A stretch of DNA of 64,000 bases, taken from assembly GCA_030295235.1 (NCBI GenBank), contig AP026158.1, positions 62,001-126,000 on the forward strand, written 5' to 3'. Positions within the stretch are counted from its first letter, which is position 1; each line of letters starts with the position of its first letter. The translations under genes and the position numbers were made by a program. The stretch is from Fistulifera solaris. Lineage: Eukaryota. Below, in pieces: positions 60,785 to 64,000 of the stretch. A model generated the notes under the pieces. It saw nothing but the letters and a program-made list of their open reading frames with translations, made no database searches and was not told the origin of the DNA.

Positions 60785-62245
60785 ATGTCGGCGAATGATG
60801 TTTCCTTCCTCGAACTCATTCCGGAATCTCAGCTGAAGCCGCAAGTGCCGAAAGTTTGGTACGCTGGCAGAGAGAAAATCGCTACATACAAGTTTCAAAG
60901 ACTTCCCACGCTGATTGATCTTGAGCAAATGACAAGCGAGAGTAAGCTTTGGTCAATTTGGCAAGAAAATGATACACTCATTGTGACGGTTGGGATCAGA
61001 GGACTAGCAGATGACATCCACCTCTTCTGTGTCGATGATCATCTCATTCGCTTACCTGACAACGACAAGTGGCTTTCGTTCCAATTCGGTAATCTTTTGT
61101 ATACTGTCATCGGGAAATCCGAGCACGCGATTGCGGAGACGGCGGCATTTTTGTGGAATTTAGATATCTATGGAGGGTATACATATATCCGTTCATGTAG
61201 TTTTTTCAACTTTGGCGTCGTTTCGCTGGATCAGCTGTGTCTGTTTTTTCAGCCACATCCGACTCGAATTGACATATCACTTTCGAACATCAGTCCCAGG
61301 CAGTCCGTGTTTCTGACCCAATTTCAGCATCCCATTTCTCTTCATTTCTTTGCCAACTTTTTTTCTTTGAATTGTTTTTCGGATGGTGGTAAAGCCTTTG
61401 TAGAATCTCTTCTTCAAAGAGATTCACCTTTCGGTGATTTATGTTTGGAAGCGTCTGATACCGAAATGTTTCATCGCCTTTTACAGGTCAAGGCCATCAA
61501 TACGCTGGAAGTAAGATGCCATGACCTAAGGCGAGTTAGTCTACCGATCTTTTCAGCAGCAGCCGCCAAGCGCTTAAAATTCCATTGTACCGCATTGCAG
61601 ATGAAAGCAACTGTGGACTGGTCGACTGTCAAACTTCCAAAAGAATTAGACCTGTCTTTTGCTTTTCACGAACAGGCCCATTCTCGTATTGTCTGTGCGT
61701 TTTTGCGCCGCATGGCCGAGTTGAAAGATGTTGTGAAGCTCGAACTTCATCTGCTTAACGCAGGTCTCGTACGTGAAGAACTCACAACGGCACTTATTCA
61801 AGCTGTGCATGCAAATCAAGGCTTGGAGGAGCTCATATTGCATAATGATTTCTTCTGTCGTAGCCAATGGAAGGAAATGTTGGAGACTATGGAGCGTCAC
61901 AAGAGTTTCCGCCGGTTTATAGTGCCTTCTTGTCCAAAACAACTTGATCCTGACTACTCGATGTTGAAGCGATTGCTCAAGCGAAATCGACTTATCGATT
62001 TTTTTGGAAATAACGGACCGAGGAATGATGATGAGGTCAATTGGCTTTATGGTGACGGTTTCTTTATTCAAATGTGTCAAAGGGATCTCCAGCATGAGCC
62101 AGTGAATCTGTTACCGTCTCTAGTAGGTGAAATTTTGACCCAAAGTGCCAGTAACGACTTTCGGCGTTCCGCGCTTGTGGTGGCAACGCATGGGGGTGCT
62201 CTCTGTGCGTTAGTACAAGATTCGTTGTATTTGTCCGAGCCCTAG
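60785..62245 (+). CDS. Tandem family, copy D (intact, 486 aa)
   Basis: Uninterrupted ORF; ALIQAVHANQGLEELIL is RNI-like. The upstream region 60604-60784 is duplicated at 56374-56556. Confidence 0.8.
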   Translation: MSANDVSFLELIPESQLKPQVPKVWYAGREKIATYKFQRLPTLIDLEQMTSESKLWSIWQENDTLIVTVGIRGLADDIHLFCVDDHLIRLPDNDKWLSFQFGNLLYTVIGKSEHAIAETAAFLWNLDIYGGYTYIRSCSFFNFGVVSLDQLCLFFQPHPTRIDISLSNISPRQSVFLTQFQHPISLHFFANFFSLNCFSDGGKAFVESLLQRDSPFGDLCLEASDTEMFHRLLQVKAINTLEVRCHDLRRVSLPIFSAAAAKRLKFHCTALQMKATVDWSTVKLPKELDLSFAFHEQAHSRIVCAFLRRMAELKDVVKLELHLLNAGLVREELTTALIQAVHANQGLEELILHNDFFCRSQWKEMLETMERHKSFRRFIVPSCPKQLDPDYSMLKRLLKRNRLIDFFGNNGPRNDDEVNWLYGDGFFIQMCQRDLQHEPVNLLPSLVGEILTQSASNDFRRSALVVATHGGALCALVQDSLYLSEP

Positions 62246-62498
62246 AAAGCTCACCACCATAACGCCTTACTCTAGAGAGCGAGTTTCGTTATCATTCAAA
62301 CACAAAAAATACGTTTATTATAGGCAGAAAGTATTTTAGAATTATTGGTCGCCTTTCTAGAAACTGCTGTCTAACTAGGTCTTAGAATGAACGCTGACTC
62401 TATTCTTTGTGACCCTACTATTTCGACGAGTGGAACTAGTCCAAGAATTGCAACAAAAGGCTCCGATTCGTGTACGATCGTTATCTTTGCGGTCTCTT

Positions 62499-63507
62499 TT
62501 ACTCTGCATCGTGTCCCCGAACCAGATACACCGGATGCGATAACCGCGGGTTGGTAGTCCGATCCGTAGCGGTTTGAGCAATCACCACCAACGAATGCTC
62601 GACCCGTAGTATATTCCCTGACGGATACGATTCACAAGTGATATTGTCGTCGGGAATAGTCAGAAACACTGTCGTTGGAGGAGCCATGACAGCTCCCGGA
62701 TTCCCCGACAACCATTCTCGTCGTCCATTGACTTCCAAAGTGGCATCCGCGATCGTCCGTTCCGTTTTGTGCTCAATTTTGTCGCTTCCAACCGACTTCC
62801 AGATTATCGTTTCCATTAAACGTACCACAAAATCTTTCAAATCGACTTGACTGCAATTCTCGCCTTGCAAGGTAATTTTAATGGTCGATCCGGTCGTTAC
62901 AACGTCCGAAGGTGTACTCCAACCCCAATGAAGGATACCGCGCGGAAACACGACATTGGTGAGAATGTTAACTTTCCGAGGTGTCAAGGCAACGCTCTGT
63001 CCGGGGGGGAATGCAACGTGCGGCTTGTAAATGCAGCGGAACCGTCTCGTGAAAAAGCACTTGGCCTTGTGTAGATATAGCGCGGGCCGTGATTTGATAC
63101 GCAATTTCAAATGTTTGATGTGTCGTAGTGAAATGAAAACTACTGGGTAGAGAAGACGGCAATTCCCAGGCAAAGGGATATTCGTACGACAATTCGTTCT
63201 CCTCTTTCTCGATTTCTAGATCCTTTTCTTCGTTTGATGGTGCGTCCGATTTGTGAGCAAAGGAGTGAAGCGTGTAGGGAAATTTAACAAGAATCTCTTT
63301 TTCGATACGTTGCCTCGTAACAGGATGCAAATTGCCTTCCGTAACGGTTTCTGTCTCATTCGACGTAACTTGTTCGTATCCTAACAATTCGAGTTCAAGG
63401 CGACAGATGCTTTTTGACTCCTTCTCTGGCGTCCAGCTCACACATCCTTGAATCAATTGACCTGCCGTGCAGTGAGTATTTTCAACTTGCAAATGCATGG
63501 ATGACAT
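62499..63507 (-). CDS. Arrestin-fold (alpha-arrestin/Vps26-like) protein; frameshift in the G7 run 63003-63009
   Basis: AGQLIQGCV, LELELLGYEQV, YEYPFAWELPSSLPSSF, IAYQITA; C domain ESYPSGNILRVEHSLVV, NPRLSHPV. Confidence 0.78.
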
Positions 63508-64000
63508 TTTTCCGCTTGCGTTTACTTGTAGACTTTCATTCAAGTTCAAATGAAAACGAAAATGAATACGATTGCGAGCTTTTCATTACCAGGTACCAGG
63601 TACGTACTGGTACTTTGTAATCCAGATGATTCATTCTCGTGTAATAAGGTTGTAACAGAGAGACACAACCACGGATCAAAATTATTAGCGTCAAGAAGTA
63701 CTCCGGGAGTACTGAGTAGCGGAAGGACGCAATAGCTCGTGACTTTGAAAGAGGGAAAATTATTCCGTCAATTCTGACTTTCTCCTTAGCTCTCTAGGTG
63801 TCCTGACTTAAATAACGTACCGTAGCTTTTTCTGTCACGTTTCCGAAATTATCAAAAAAACAGGTGGTACCGGTATTCACTGATCTCACATTATTTGGCG
63901 GCAATAACGCCAGAGTCACGCTACATAGATCTCATTCCCCTCTTTCTTTCGAATCACGCGGCAAAGAAACTATAACACAGGATCTCAAACAATGACGTTA

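Noticed and set aside
7100..63010. Programmed ribosomal frameshifting or a pseudogene cluster
   Set aside because: The shifts go in both directions, have no common slippery motif and hit essential genes without other decay. Sequencing error is the simpler explanation.

Overview
Gene-dense eukaryotic nuclear DNA with short GT-AG introns. DUF6824, HSF, bipartite plastid presequences and an 'LLELIP..' tandem family point to a pennate diatom, possibly Fistulifera-like (inference). About 25 protein genes are recognisable: MFS transporter, CXXC-finger protein, nucleotidyltransferase-fold protein, LACS, class I/II aminotransferase, CSTF3/RNA14, HSF, class 3 lipase, SMU1, two alpha-CA-like paralogs, a NikA-like protein, Cas1/RWA-SGNH acetyltransferase, VPS51, DUF6824, RFC5-like, CDH1/FZR1, PLAC8, CinA-like/NMNAT fusion, NFS1, HLIP-like, a 4-copy tandem array and an arrestin-like gene. 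Most genes carry 1-bp indels, mainly in homopolymers, which I read as sequencing errors. The most striking feature is a circularly permuted, intron-containing, membrane-anchored homolog of the bacterial nickel-binding protein NikA (30423-32337). It lies directly downstream of two secreted alpha-CA-like genes with rewired metal ligands, a candidate cell-surface metal/carbon acquisition cluster. Other signals are a three-member microprotein family, an enriched intergenic palindrome (TACCWGGTA) and an inverted CASD1 domain order. No rRNA, tRNA or CRISPR array was seen. All family calls come from motifs read by eye, not from database searches.
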